59,688 nt of DNA from Octopus sinensis (taxonomy: Eukaryota): NCBI RefSeq assembly GCF_006345805.1, contig NW_021832973.1, forward strand, positions 1 through 59,688. Direction: 5' to 3'. The notes under the pieces were generated by a model. The model was not told the DNA's origin and made no database searches. It saw nothing but the letters and a program-made list of their open reading frames with translations. The position numbers and the translations under genes were made by a program. Positions 26,038 to 41,285 of the stretch are shown piece by piece (position 1 is the stretch's first letter; every line of letters begins with the position of its first letter).

Positions 26038-26817
26038 CTATTGATTGCTTGGTTCGTCAGTGAACGATACAAGAAGATTGTCTAAATTAAGAACTGGGTT
26101 TGAATCTACGACCTCTACCTCATCCATTGTTTCAATCTCGTCATCAGATAACGAAACTAAGACTATATTAGGGTCCAAACTTCCATTTTCGGGAACAACT
26201 TCCATATTTTGTTCATGATCATCGGAAATTGAAATTAGAGCTGGTTCCGAAGTGGTCGAACTCTCTTTAGAAACTATTTCAATATCAGAGTTATCGTCGT
26301 TTGAAATGGAATTAGTATTGGTTTCAGGATTAAAGTCTACTTCCTCAATAGATTTATCGTCTGCATCATCTTTTGACAATACAGTTACATCTGTAGAATC
26401 TTTATTTTCTTGAGGAGAATTTCCAGAAATTTCACCGACACTTGTAGTTTTTGAGCTGTCTGTTTCATCGTCGAATGCTAAATTGTCTTGTCCTGGAACG
26501 ATTGAAGGATTCGGGTCTTTGACTACAAGGCTTGCAGGTGTATGAGATGTAATGTTAATTTCGACGGAATTCGTGCTTTTTACGTAAAGTGGATTGGTGA
26601 AATTTTGGAATTCTTTACCGAGAATCATTCTCACTGGATATTTCTTCCTGTACCAAATGTAAACAGCGATTCCAATCCCCATTAAAATGAGGACAGGAAG
26701 TGTGACTCCGATAACGATGGCGCCGACATCGACCTTCGGTGCAGGCACGGGTGGTTTGGTTCCTGCAAGTGTGTCATTCCCGACGTAGACATCAATTTTT
26801 CCTGGAACTTTATCAGT
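26038..26817 (-). CDS. Coding exon 2 of the same gene: juxtamembrane linker, TM helix, cytoplasmic tail with NPLY and acidic repeats; 259 aa
   Basis: Acceptor ttcattcCAG|ACT at 26818/26817 is phase 0, matching the exon-1 donor. Hydrophobic AIVIGVTLPVLILMGIGIAVYIWY is followed by RKK; NFTNPLY motif; stop TAG at 26040-26038. Small intervening exons cannot be excluded. Confidence 0.85.
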   Translation of the reverse strand, partial: TDKVPGKIDVYVGNDTLAGTKPPVPAPKVDVGAIVIGVTLPVLILMGIGIAVYIWYRKKYPVRMILGKEFQNFTNPLYVKSTNSVEINITSHTPASLVVKDPNPSIVPGQDNLAFDDETDSSKTTSVGEISGNSPQENKDSTDVTVLSKDDADDKSIEEVDFNPETNTNSISNDDNSDIEIVSKESSTTSEPALISISDDHEQNMEVVPENGSLDPNIVLVSLSDDEIETMDEVEVVDSNPVLNLDNLLVSFTDEPSNQ

Positions 26818-26893
26818 CTGGAATGAAATATAAGAACTTATGTTAATATAATTATAAGCTTTCATCGTATATTGACAATAAAATATTGTCTAA

Positions 26894-26938
26894 TATTAGG
26901 GCATATATTATTAGGGCATATATTATTAGGGCATATAT
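26894..26938. repeat. Three copies of a 16-bp unit (tattagggcatatat.)
   Basis: Direct reading; intronic, ~80-120 nt upstream of the exon-2 acceptor. Confidence 0.8.
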
Positions 26939-27311
26939 AAGTCCCAACGTAAACAATATGGATAGAATACATACATGCGAATTTTCTTTAAAAAAATTAG
27001 GATTTTCATAAATTCATTTCTAATCTACACACACACATGCAAGCTTTCATCGTATATATATTGTGTGTGTGTGTGTGTGTGTGTGTGTGCAATATGCTCA
27101 GTGTAGATCCGGAAGACAATGGCTCAAATACGAGTTCAATGCACCGTTATTTAGAGGGTACACTCTATTGAGATAGTGAAAGGCTTTACAGAAAATTTGG
27201 ATGAGATATCGAATCGACCCGTGAAACTGCTGAGCCTTCCATAAAGCCACATGTTATAGCAATACATTCTCTGTGTATGTGTGGATAGGTGGATAGATAG
27301 ATAGATAGATA

Positions 27312-30483
<3,172 letters not shown>

Positions 30484-30739
30484 CAGACAGACACACACAC
30501 ACACATAGGCAGGCAGGCAGGCAGGCAGGCAGGCAGACAGACAGATAGACAGATAGATAAAATTATTTTGAAGTCAAAGTACCTCTGTGTGTGTGTGTGG
30601 TGTGTGTGTGTGTGTGTGTGTGTGTAAGCCAGGAATCGAACTCACAAATTTACGATTGTGAAGCAATGCAATGTGGGAAGGAGTAGGAAAATAAGTGTAA
30701 ATTAGAAGCAAGAAAAATAACCAAGAGAAATCAATGTCA

Positions 30740-31210
30740 AAACCGATGAATAGGTTTAAGTTATTCGACTAAATTTGTTGAGGCGGTGTCTGAAGATGGC
30801 TGCCATCCAATGACTGAAACAAACTGAAAAATAAATGGGAGGAGCTGCGTGGTAAGAAACCTGTTTTCCAACCACATGGTTCCAGGTTCAGTCCCCTGCG
30901 TGACACCTTGGGCAAGTGTCTTCTACTATAACCTCGGGCCAGCCAAAACCTTCTGAGTGGGTTTGGTAAAAGGAAACTGAAAGAAGCCCGTCGTATATAT
31001 TGTGTGTGTGTGTGTGTGTTTGTCTACCACCACCGTTTGACAACCGGTGTTGGTGTGTTTACGTTCCCGTAACTTGGGGATTCGGGAAAAAGACACGATA
31101 CAAAAAAAAAAAATTACTAAATAGTTGGGGTTGATTCGTTCGAGTAAAATTCTTCGCCGCGGTGCTGCAGCATGGTCACAGTCTAATGACTGAAACAAGT
31201 AAAAGATAAA
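30740..31210 (+). mobile_element. SINE-A tail plus a full SINE-A in the gene intron
   Basis: Head ~30835, tail ending ~31205, antisense to the gene. Confidence 0.8.
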
Positions 31211-31289
31211 AAAAAATGAGTGAATAAATAAATAAATATGCGTAAAGTGCGTTAGTCATTAATTAAGAATGTGGGAATAATTAACTCAC

Positions 31290-33896
31290 CGGCGTGATTG
31301 GTTGTCTTCGCTGTGAACTTCCTGAATCTGTTGGTTTCCCTGTAGTTGAGGATGTAGGATAGGATGGCCATGTGGGAATGGTATCGTTGGTAGCGATGGC
31401 AGTGGTATTATTAGTGGTGGGTGTGACGGTAGTAGAAGTGGTGATAGTGGTAGTGGTGGTGGTGGGGGTGGGGGTGGGAGTGGGGGCACTGGTTGTTGCA
31501 GTGGTGGTGACAGTGGTGGTGGTGGTGGTGGTGGTGGTAGTTGTGTCGATAGTGGCATCGGTGGTGATGTCGATGATATCGGTAGTGGCGTTGGTGGTGG
31601 TGTTGGTGGTGGCGATGGTGGCACTGGCGTCGATGGTAGTGTTGGTGGCGAGGGTTGTATTGCTGATTTCTTCATCGGGTTTTGTATCTGATTCGCTTGT
31701 TTCCTGCATCCAATACACAACTTCGAACCCTTTGTACGCAACAGCAGGAAGCACCGGTCCACGGTAATACACTTTGGTCTGTTCGGAATTACTGATAAAC
31801 GTTTCCGATTCCAAACTATTGTTATGGAAGTCTTTGAGTAAAATTTCACTACCGTTGGAAGAAACTTCGACAAAGCGTAAAAATACTGGCCTGACTGGAT
31901 CAACAGGGAAATGGTAATAGAGAAGAGTGAGGTTTGTGTAAGTTCCAGGAATGGAATTATTGATAATCCATGTACAATTCTGGTATTGGCTAATTGTGCC
32001 ATTTAGAGATTTTGGACTGATTATAATCCCAGATGTCGAATTCCTAGTTTTATTGTCTTCTGAACAAGTGTAAAGAACACAGGAAGGAATTGCAGAGGAC
32101 CATTCTAAAGAACCTGAGACATTATTCCAAACGCAAAGAGCTTTTGATTCTCCAATAATCGTATAACCTGGATTACAGGAAAAATCAATAATCGATCCTT
32201 CTGTTAAAGTATCCACACTAACTGTTCCATCGTTTACTGAGGGAATGACACAGGTTCTTCTAGGTTCGATGCTACGTAATGTTAGCTCCAAGTCTCCCGA
32301 TTGTGTCAGAAAGTTGGCACTGATATCGATATAAATATTAACAATGTGAGACAATGTGGTGAAATTGTAGCTGCCTGAAGAATGAGAATGGTCAAAAGAA
32401 TATTCCCAAGTTTGGTTCAAGTCCTGTATTGTTAGCGATAAACTTTTGTAAGAGACGTCATTAAATTCGATAAAAATCTCATAAAGGTTTTCCTCGTCGT
32501 TCGTTAGTTCCCAAGAACAGTTCGTTCCACCAATGACAGTTAAATTATTTAGTTCCACAGTTGAAAACGACCAGTTTGTGACATTTAAAGAATTTCCGCA
32601 CCGACATAAAGGTGTCGGATGTGTCCAGTGGAAAGTTCCGTTTTCGGATTGTTCACACCGTGTCTTACTGTCACCTATTAAAGTGTGGTGCGCAGGACAG
32701 AAAAAAATAACCTCTGACCCCGGGGAATTATCAGTCAGGGTCATATAACCATGTTTAGGTGGGTCAACGGGGTCACACATTTTAGCTTTCTTTTTACTTA
32801 AATAACTCAAAAACATCGACGTGTCATTATTATTAGTATTATTATTTTCATTCGAAATATGGTAAATTATAGAAACTTTATTGGTTTTTAGTTCTAATAT
32901 TCTTGGAATATCATCGATTGTCAAATTAAAAGATTCCTTGAGAAAATGCCCTGATATCTCAACGAAAGAAATTAAATCGTTTTCATAAAACGTAACTTCC
33001 AGAGACGAAGCTTCGGAGACGTCGATAGTAAAATTACATATAGATGTATTATATCGATAAATATTGAACGATATATTGGCTGAAAAGTCGGTGAAAATTT
33101 GACTACAGGTTAAATAAGAACTGTTGCTGTTTTCTGCTGAACTGGTTTTAGTTTCTGTTGCGTTTGTAACCGGTGGATGAGGTTGCGAGTCGGAAGAATT
33201 GGTTAACAAAGTGTTGTCGTTGATGTTGGACGATGTTTCCAGATAACAACCGGCAAACGAGTCATTCCATACGGCAATTCCATCTCCATTCTTTAAGCAA
33301 ACAACAGCAGACACAAGAGGTTCCATTGATGGAAAATCTTTATCACATGTAACATTTAAAACTGATCCAAGAAAAAAGGTTTCATTACTTGCACTACCAA
33401 TGGTAAAGTTAACCGGAAGTCGACATTGATTGGCAGAAAAAGCCTGATAAATTATCGACAGAGAATGTCTACTAATATCGTCCAAAGAATTGTTTGTGTG
33501 AATAACTTTCATCCAAATTTCGCTTCTGTTAGTCAAGAATGATTTCGTGACATCGGTTTCGTTTAAATCGATACGGTTTATTAATCGAGAGTCGAAAGAA
33601 TTTAAAGGATTTTCATCATAAATGAGAACGGACACGGCACCATCTGTATGAGAGAACGAGTGGTTATTAAATGTTTCGTCTGATAACACGACTGATATTT
33701 TTAATCCGAATTCTTCACGCGCAGATACCTTCCAAACACACGCTGAGGGTGAGCTACCATTAATCTGTTTGGTGATGTCGCTAATGCCCAGGTGAACGTT
33801 TTCCTCATCGCAGACTCTGTAACTGGCGCCGGAAAGGGTTAAAATACTTCCAATAATTAACCATTTTATGAAGGAAGTAGACGAAAGAAATTCCAT
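31290..33896 (-). CDS. Coding exon 1 of a CUB/sushi type I membrane protein (signal peptide, CUB-Sushi x3, CUB, Thr-rich stalk); 869 codons
   Basis: Long open frame. ATG at 33896 follows a splice acceptor (T-rich tract, ACAG|AAACAATG; exon starts 33901) and gives a signal peptide MEFLSSTSFIKWLIIGSILTLSGA. Three sushi Cys/Trp patterns (e.g. CDPVDPPKHG..C..C..W..P.C; CVIP..FSCNPGY..C..W..PSC). CUB-like units (SGIIISP..NCTWII..GFEVVY). Donor CCG|GTGAGT at 31290/31289. Confidence 0.9.
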
Positions 33897-33920
33897 TGTT
33901 TCTGTAAATAACAACAAAAC

Positions 33921-33994
<74 letters not shown>

Positions 33995-34018
33995 TAGTAA
34001 CAACAACAACAACAACAA

Positions 34019-36319
34019 CACTGGCCAACAAGTATTTTTCATCAAGCATATGTCAAGGTGTATAGTTTTTAATGCTGATTTCAAATATATAATTAGATTT
34101 TTGACATCACGTACGGTTTTCAAGATGAGGAAGTTTTGGAGTTTTTGCTCATGCGTTATATAGAAACTCCAATTAATGACGTGTATGCATATATTTAATT
34201 TACATCACGGAAACATACCTTTAAAATAAACTACATTATTCATTGCTGCATAGTTCAGATGCAATATTTCGCCATCTTAAATTAACCAATCAGGCTTTCT
34301 TTGATGAAATAGGTATTTCAGCATCTCAAATTGTCCAGTCATAACTGGTCTGATGAAATATTTCATCACCCCAAATTCAATATTAGTATAACCAATTGTA
34401 TCTATTTCTATCCTTGTTTTACAGTGTTAACAATGTCAAGACAGTGTAGGTATCATCCTGATGTGTTTATTTTGTTACGTCCGAGGACAATTTACTGTGA
34501 AAGCTCAAAAACCAGAGATCGAGAAGATTTATACTTCGGCTGTCCTCTTGGAGATCAGGACAAGTTATGGGCACCACGTTTTATCTGCTTAGCTTGCTCA
34601 AATGGCTTACGTAATTGATTCAATAGTATTACGAAGTCCATGCCTTTTGCCATTCCAATAAGGAGGGAGCGAAAAGACCATTTTAATGACTGTTATTTTT
34701 GCAAAGTAAATGTCACAGGATTTTCTATGGAGAATAAACACAGAATTGTGTATCTCAACTTGGATTCTGCAATGAGATTCACAGAGGAAGTCTACCAATT
34801 CCAGTTCTACCAGATGATGGCATTGAAACACAGATGATGATGCTGACTGTCACGATAGTGATGCTGGGGAAGATTACGTGTCTGATGACGATAGATTTGA
34901 ACATCAGAAATTTTTCCAAGCTGAACTGAATGACCTTGTCAAAGACCCTCTCAAAAGATAAAGCAGAACTGTTAACATCTAGACTGAAGGAGAAGTATCT
35001 GCTAGAGCATGGTGTTCATATAACTTTCTGCAGAGAAATGTGGTTCTACAAACTTGCTTTTCTGTTAAAGACCTGCTTTGCTTTGGCAGTAACATCGATA
35101 GACTTTTCGGATGTTTATCACAAAATCATGACCCTGCAGAATGGCGTTTGTTTATTGACGCTTCAAAACGAAGTTTAAAAGCTATACCTCTCCATAATGG
35201 TAATCTGAAGCCCTCCATTCCTATTGCACACTCCGTTCATCTTCATGAATCATATGAGAATATGGAATTTTTACTTCATGCCATTGCTTACGAAAGTTAC
35301 TCATCAAAAATATGTGGAGATTTAAAAGTCGTTGAAAATGCAGTCGGGTTTCAGAAAATACTGTTGCTTCTTGTGTCTATGGGACAGTCAGACAACTGAA
35401 AGACATTGTTCGGAATCAAACTGGCAGACAAGAACATCATACCAGCCAGGATTGTCTTGCATCTTGTAATGTCCCATTGCCTCCTTTGCACATAAAGCTT
35501 GGACTGATGAAACAGTTTGTAAAGACACTAGGGAAGAGAAGTGACAGAGGGTTTGAGTATATTGTAGAAAAGTTTCCCAAAATCACGCAGGCGAGGTTGA
35601 AAGAGGGTATTTTTGTCGGACCCCTAATTAGAGAAGTAGTCAAAGCTGTCAACTTCAAGACAACACTGGATGAACTGGAACTGCTCACCTGGGACGCTTT
35701 CAATTGGATCTTTGAGTAATAAAAAGGCAATGGACTGCAAGAAAGACATCAAGAATCTTCTGAAATGTTACTCAGCAATGGGTTGTCGCATGTCACTAAA
35801 GGTTCACCTCTTGGACTTCCATCTGGATTTTTCGCAGAAAACCTTGCAGCAGTGTCTGATGAACATGGTGAAAGATTTCACCGGGACGTTAGTGCTATGG
35901 AGAAACGGTACCAAGGCTTCTGGAATGGCAGTATGCTGGCTGACTACTGCTGGACGCTTTACTGTGATCAACCAGATCAGGAACACCACAGGAAATCCAA
36001 ATCACAATGTTTCTAACTCTGTTGTCCTAACTTAGTTTGTTTTATCTGACCTATTTTTTGTGTATTCTCTCTTTGTAGAACGATAATTAGGATTTTTAAC
36101 TCAATAAACTCATTTACTTTCTAGAAATAATATGTCCTTATTTATTACGTTAATGATTTCATTTTTACAAATATGCAAATATCTGCATGTATCTACTGAA
36201 AATCTGATACGTGTTGCATACAAATCGAGTGAAATTTTGAAATCAGCATGAAAAAATAATGTAAAAAAGTTGGTTTGCATTCATAATGAGAATAATACAT
36301 TTAATTTTGTTGACCAGTG
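34019..36319 (+). mobile_element. Degenerate Chapaev3-like (CMC superfamily) DNA transposon
   Basis: 13-bp TIRs CACTGGCCAACAA (34019) / TTGTTGACCAGTG (ends 36319), 1 mismatch. Transposase pieces from ATG 34433 to ~36016: GDQDKLWAP, KDHFNDCYFC, EWRLFIDASKRSLKA, PPLHIKLGLMKQFVK, SDEHGERFHRD..MEKRYQG..MLADYCW. Family name is from motif recall. Confidence 0.8.
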
Positions 36320-36384
36320 TAATGATGATGATGATGACGACGACGACGACGATGATGATGATGATGATGAAGATGAAGATGATA

Positions 36385-37320
36385 TGCACACCCAACAGTG
36401 GCTACGGAGCTCAGGGCTAAAGGCAGAGAGTGAAGGCTTTATCTTGGCTGCTCAAGATCAGAACTTATTGACGCAGAACTATCAAGCCAATGTGATGATA
36501 AATGGTGTAGACCCAAAGAACCGATACTGCAACGATAGGATTGAAACAATGAACCACCTAATCTCTGGATGTGAGGTTTTAGCACTTGTAGAGTACAAAT
36601 GAAGACGTGACAGAGTTGGCCAATATCTACACGGGACAACATGTCGGAATTATAAAATCAAAACTACTGACAAATGGTATATACACCACCCTTAGGCTGT
36701 AACTGAGGGAGAAAATGTAACTATTTATTGGGATTTTCCAGCATGTACAGACTGGACTATGAAAGCAAACAAACCAGATTTATTTTGTGAAATACCAAAG
36801 CAATAAAGTCTGTTTATTGATTGACATGAGCATACCCTGTCACCATAATATCTCGGTAAAAGAATTTCATAAGCTCAGAAAATATAAAGATTTGCTAATC
36901 GAAATCGAAAAGATGTGGCACCTCAAAACGGTTACAATACCAGTGATTGTAGGAGAACTTGCGATGATCAAAAAAGGAACTGAAAATTATTTAAGAATGA
37001 TCCCCGACTTACTATCCATGCAGGAAGTGCAAAAGATTGCCTTAAGTGGTACGTCACACGTATTTGAGAAGACCATTGTCGCTGTCAATTTTCTTTCTTT
37101 TTTTTCCCCACTTTATTTTATCTGTTTACTTTTTATCGTTTATTCTTTTATTTTCCTTTTCTCTGTCTTTCTTTCTCTTTTTCTCTATCACATGACTTTG
37201 TAAATGAACAATCTGGTAGGTTTATTTTAATGGCCTACCAATGTATACAATACGTTTCTCTGCCCTAGATGTCAGGAAGACACTCGGCAAGAAATGGAAA
37301 CAGAATTGAAAGAAGATGCT
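36385..37320 (+). mobile_element. 3' fragment of an R4/Dong-type RLE LINE (family 1)
   Basis: QQWLRSSGLKAESEGFILAAQDQ, degenerate CCHC region, KPD..LIDMSIP..KEFHKLRKYKDL (RLE); ends at an (AAT)n array. Confidence 0.85.
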
Positions 37321-37354
37321 AATGAAGATGATAATAATAATAATAATAATAATA

Positions 37355-37406
<52 letters not shown>

Positions 37407-37782
37407 TTGCAAAATGTGGAACCTGAAGACAAAAACAATACCTGTTGTTGTAGGTGCTCTAGGAATGATAGCAAAAAGGGCTGATTGCTACATAGATCAG
37501 ATACCAGGAAACCCCAAAATGGCAGAAATTCAAAAGATAGTGCTCATGGGAACTGCCCATATCCTATGTAAAATACTGTCTATGTAATCTCAAATTTTAA
37601 AACAAACACATAATTTTCTTAGGGTTTCTTAAACATTCTCTAGAACAATACTTCGTGCAAAACCAAATATATGGCACCCTAAGGCATAACACCAACATGA
37701 ACTTATAACTTGTTGTTTCTTGAGGTCTCTGGGTGAGACTTGGAGGCAACTTGTACAAATGCAAAGCAAAAGTCAAACATAA
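37407..37782 (+). mobile_element. Short 5'-truncated R4/Dong-type LINE 3' end (family 2)
   Basis: KMWNLKTKTIPVVVGALGMI..LMGTAHILCKILSM* plus 3' UTR, flanked by (AAT)n on both sides. Confidence 0.85.
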
Positions 37783-37808
37783 AATAATAATAATAATAAT
37801 AATAATAA

Positions 37809-37839
<31 letters not shown>

Positions 37840-37856
37840 AAGAAAAAAAAGAAGAA

Positions 37857-37900
<44 letters not shown>

Positions 37901-37911
37901 TAATAATAATA

Positions 37912-37972
<61 letters not shown>

Positions 37973-37984
37973 AAGAACCATAAT

Positions 37985-40635
37985 ACTACAGAAGGGACAG
38001 AATTTATGTGCGGTTTTAGTAAATATAACCAATGGAGACTAAATCCAGAAACGAGTGAAGTCAACAATGTATTGAGACACATTGAAACAAAGAACATGAC
38101 ACAAACAAATAATCTTATCAGGGCTTCTAGTAGGATTGTGGCGGGAAGGGTGGGATTGGAACTATTGAGAATAGAACGGCGATGGATAGAAGAGGAAATA
38201 AAGAACCGTGGTGGGAAAGGAGAATTCCTGAAGATATAAACTCATTGAACAGTGTCGCGTCAATATTTGTCAGGAAAGAAATGGAGAACTTAAGAATGAA
38301 TGGAAATTCGAAAAAGTTAGGAAGAAGTATGGTGTAGATACAAAAGGCCTGAATGCCGCAATTGAAGAACTGAAGCAGCGCATACATGCAAAAGAAAAAG
38401 CAAAACCGACTAAGTTTGAACAAGTAATACTGGCAAAACATATTGCTTAGAACCGACAAAAAAAAAAGATTTTACCAAGGGATTAATGATAATGAAAAAC
38501 GTGAAAGATTAGTCCCCGATGCTGTGATGAAAGTTGACTTTTCTGGGCTCAGATATGGATATGGAGTAAGCTAACATAATACTACTGCAGAATGGCTCTG
38601 TAGCCTGAAGAAAACAGCTTATTATCCCCAGCATGAGGCTATCCACTTCACAGAAGACAGTATCAGAAATATGAGTAAAAAGATAAGCAATTATTGGGTT
38701 GGCAACTAAGTTCCCGCCGTTTTTTAATTTTTGGAATTTATTGCGTTTTTGAATTTTGAAATCTATTTTTTTCCAGAATTCTATTTTTGAATCATTTTGG
38801 AATATTTTTTGTTTTTGTTGTTTTTTTTTTTTTTCATAGTTAATTTTAGTTAAATTTTGTTTATTTTCAGATCATTAAGATGGAATGTCAAGTTAAGAAA
38901 AACGAGCATTTTCGACACCTTCTTCTTTTTGCTTTTAATCAAGGTTCTAAGGCCGCAAAAGCTGCTCGCGACATTTGTGCTGTGTATGGAGAGTGTGCCA
39001 TAGCTGAAAGAACCGCTCATGATTGGTATGATGCCAAGTTCAAAAATGGAAATTTTGACCTCAAAGACGCACCTCGTTCTGGCCGTCCAGTTGAGTTCGA
39101 TGAAGAGCGATTAAACCAACTTTTGTACAAAAATTCTCGTCAAACGACAAGGGAACTGGCAGAGAAAATGGAATGCTCCCACTCTACTATAGAGAAGCAT
39201 CTTCACTCGATGGGAAAGGTTCAGAAGTATGGAGCTTGGGTTCCACATGCTTTAAGTGTCAACAACAAAAATCAACGAGCCACAATCTCCGCTGGTTTGC
39301 TTGCTCGTCACCGCTCAACTCATGGACACAAGCAACGATTTCTTTACCGAATCGTTAATGGCGACGAAAATGGTGCCTGTATATCAATATGAAGCAGTGT
39401 AAGGAATTGCTTAGCCCCGGTAAACAAGCGACACCACGCGTGAAACAAGATCTTCATCTGCGTAAAACGATGTTGTGTGTATGGTGGGACTGGGAAGGGA
39501 TTATCCATTGTGGATTGCTTGAACGGAACCAAACGGTCAACGCGGAACTCTATGTTCAACAGATGGAACGACTCAACACCGCTATTGAAGAGAAAATACC
39601 TAATCGTCAGCATGGAGTTCTTCTGCTGCACGACAACTCTTGCCCTCATATCGCCAATATGACCAAGGAAGCCATTCAAACGCATGGCTGGGAAGTGCTG
39701 CCACACCCGCCGTACTCTCCTGATTTGGCACCAACGAATTTCCACCTCTTTCGATCTCTTTCAATCTCTTTCAAATGCAATGCGTGGAGTTTCGTTCAAT
39801 ACTAATGCAGAATTGAGAGCTTGGTTGGATCAATTTTTCGATTCGAAATCAGGTGATTTCTACCAACGAGGTATTGAAAATCTTGTTGAACGTTGGGAAG
39901 AAGTTGTATACAACAAGGGTGAATACATTATTGATTAATTAGTTGTTATTTTTTTATTAAACCTTTTAAAAAATGCAGAATGTGTGGTGAAAGGGGTGAA
40001 AGGATATGCCACATCGTTAGCGAATGCCCGAAATTGGCACAACGCGAATACAAAAGACGCCATGATAATGTGGCAAGAATGATCCGTTTGGAGATCTGTA
40101 GAAATTACGACCTTACAAAGAGCAAATTCCAGAAAGAATAGCCGAAAATGAGAATTGCAAAATCCTGTGGAATGCAATGATCCAGTGCGATCACCTGACC
40201 AGACATCGAAAACCAGATATTGTTGTGGTGAATAAAAAAGAAAGTACTTGCAGGATAATCGACATAGCATGCCTCAGTGACAACAGGATCAATGTGAAAG
40301 AAGAAGAAAAAATAAACAACTATGAAGTGTGGGAGAGGTTTGACCAGAAGCAAAGATTGTATCGAAGCAGAAGAAAACATCTTAGGGGGTGGGAGTATGT
40401 AAAAAAATAACGTGTAACCATTTTTGGAACATGTGAAGAGGTCCGGCGTCAGAAAAATTGATAATGGTGTAAAGAAAGAAAAGCTGAAAGAGGAAAAGAA
40501 CACACACACACACAAAAAGAAAGAAACAGCATGGAAGGAGAAAAAAATAATGTACGGTCAGTTTGCAAGAGATATGAACGCCAAGTCAGATACAGAAGAC
40601 CGGTGGCTGTGGATGAGAAAGAGTGACCTAAAGAT
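37985..40635 (+). mobile_element. Degraded, rearranged R4/Dong-like LINE pieces (family 3) interrupted by a mariner
   Basis: Pre-RT-like text (IETKNMTQTNNLIRAS, EELKQRIHAK) at 38.0-38.7 kb; RLE RHRKPDIVVVNKKE..IIDIAC..KEEEKINNY at 40.1-40.35 kb; WKEKKIMYGQFARDM..WLWMRKSDLK at 40.5-40.63 kb. Confidence 0.65.
38694..39975 (+). mobile_element. Mariner (DD34D) transposon with a frameshifted transposase (38880-39938); right TIR missing
   Basis: TA followed by TIR TTGGGTTGGCAACTAAG at 38694. PRSGRP, WVPHAL, IVNGDE, LLHDN..PH and HPPYSPDLAP motifs. 1-nt deletion near 39370 and a 10-nt duplication (tctctttcaa) near 39755. Confidence 0.92.
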
Positions 40636-40636
40636 A

Positions 40637-41285
<649 letters not shown>

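Noticed and set aside
26818-26865. MKAYNYINISSYISFQ start of the 275-aa ORF
   Set aside because: It is intronic sequence upstream of the CAG acceptor.
26894-26938. TTAGGG hexamers
   Set aside because: They are embedded in a 16-bp unit and are not a telomeric array.
31286-32002. Pro-rich 238-aa ORF (and the plus-strand Val-rich ORF 31372-31767)
   Set aside because: These are alternative frames of the Thr-rich repeat in the real exon.
33897-34049. N-terminal MLDEKYLL..poly-I extension of the 922-aa ORF
   Set aside because: It runs through the transposon TIR and an (AAT)n tract; a splice acceptor and a signal-peptide ATG at 33896 explain the real start.
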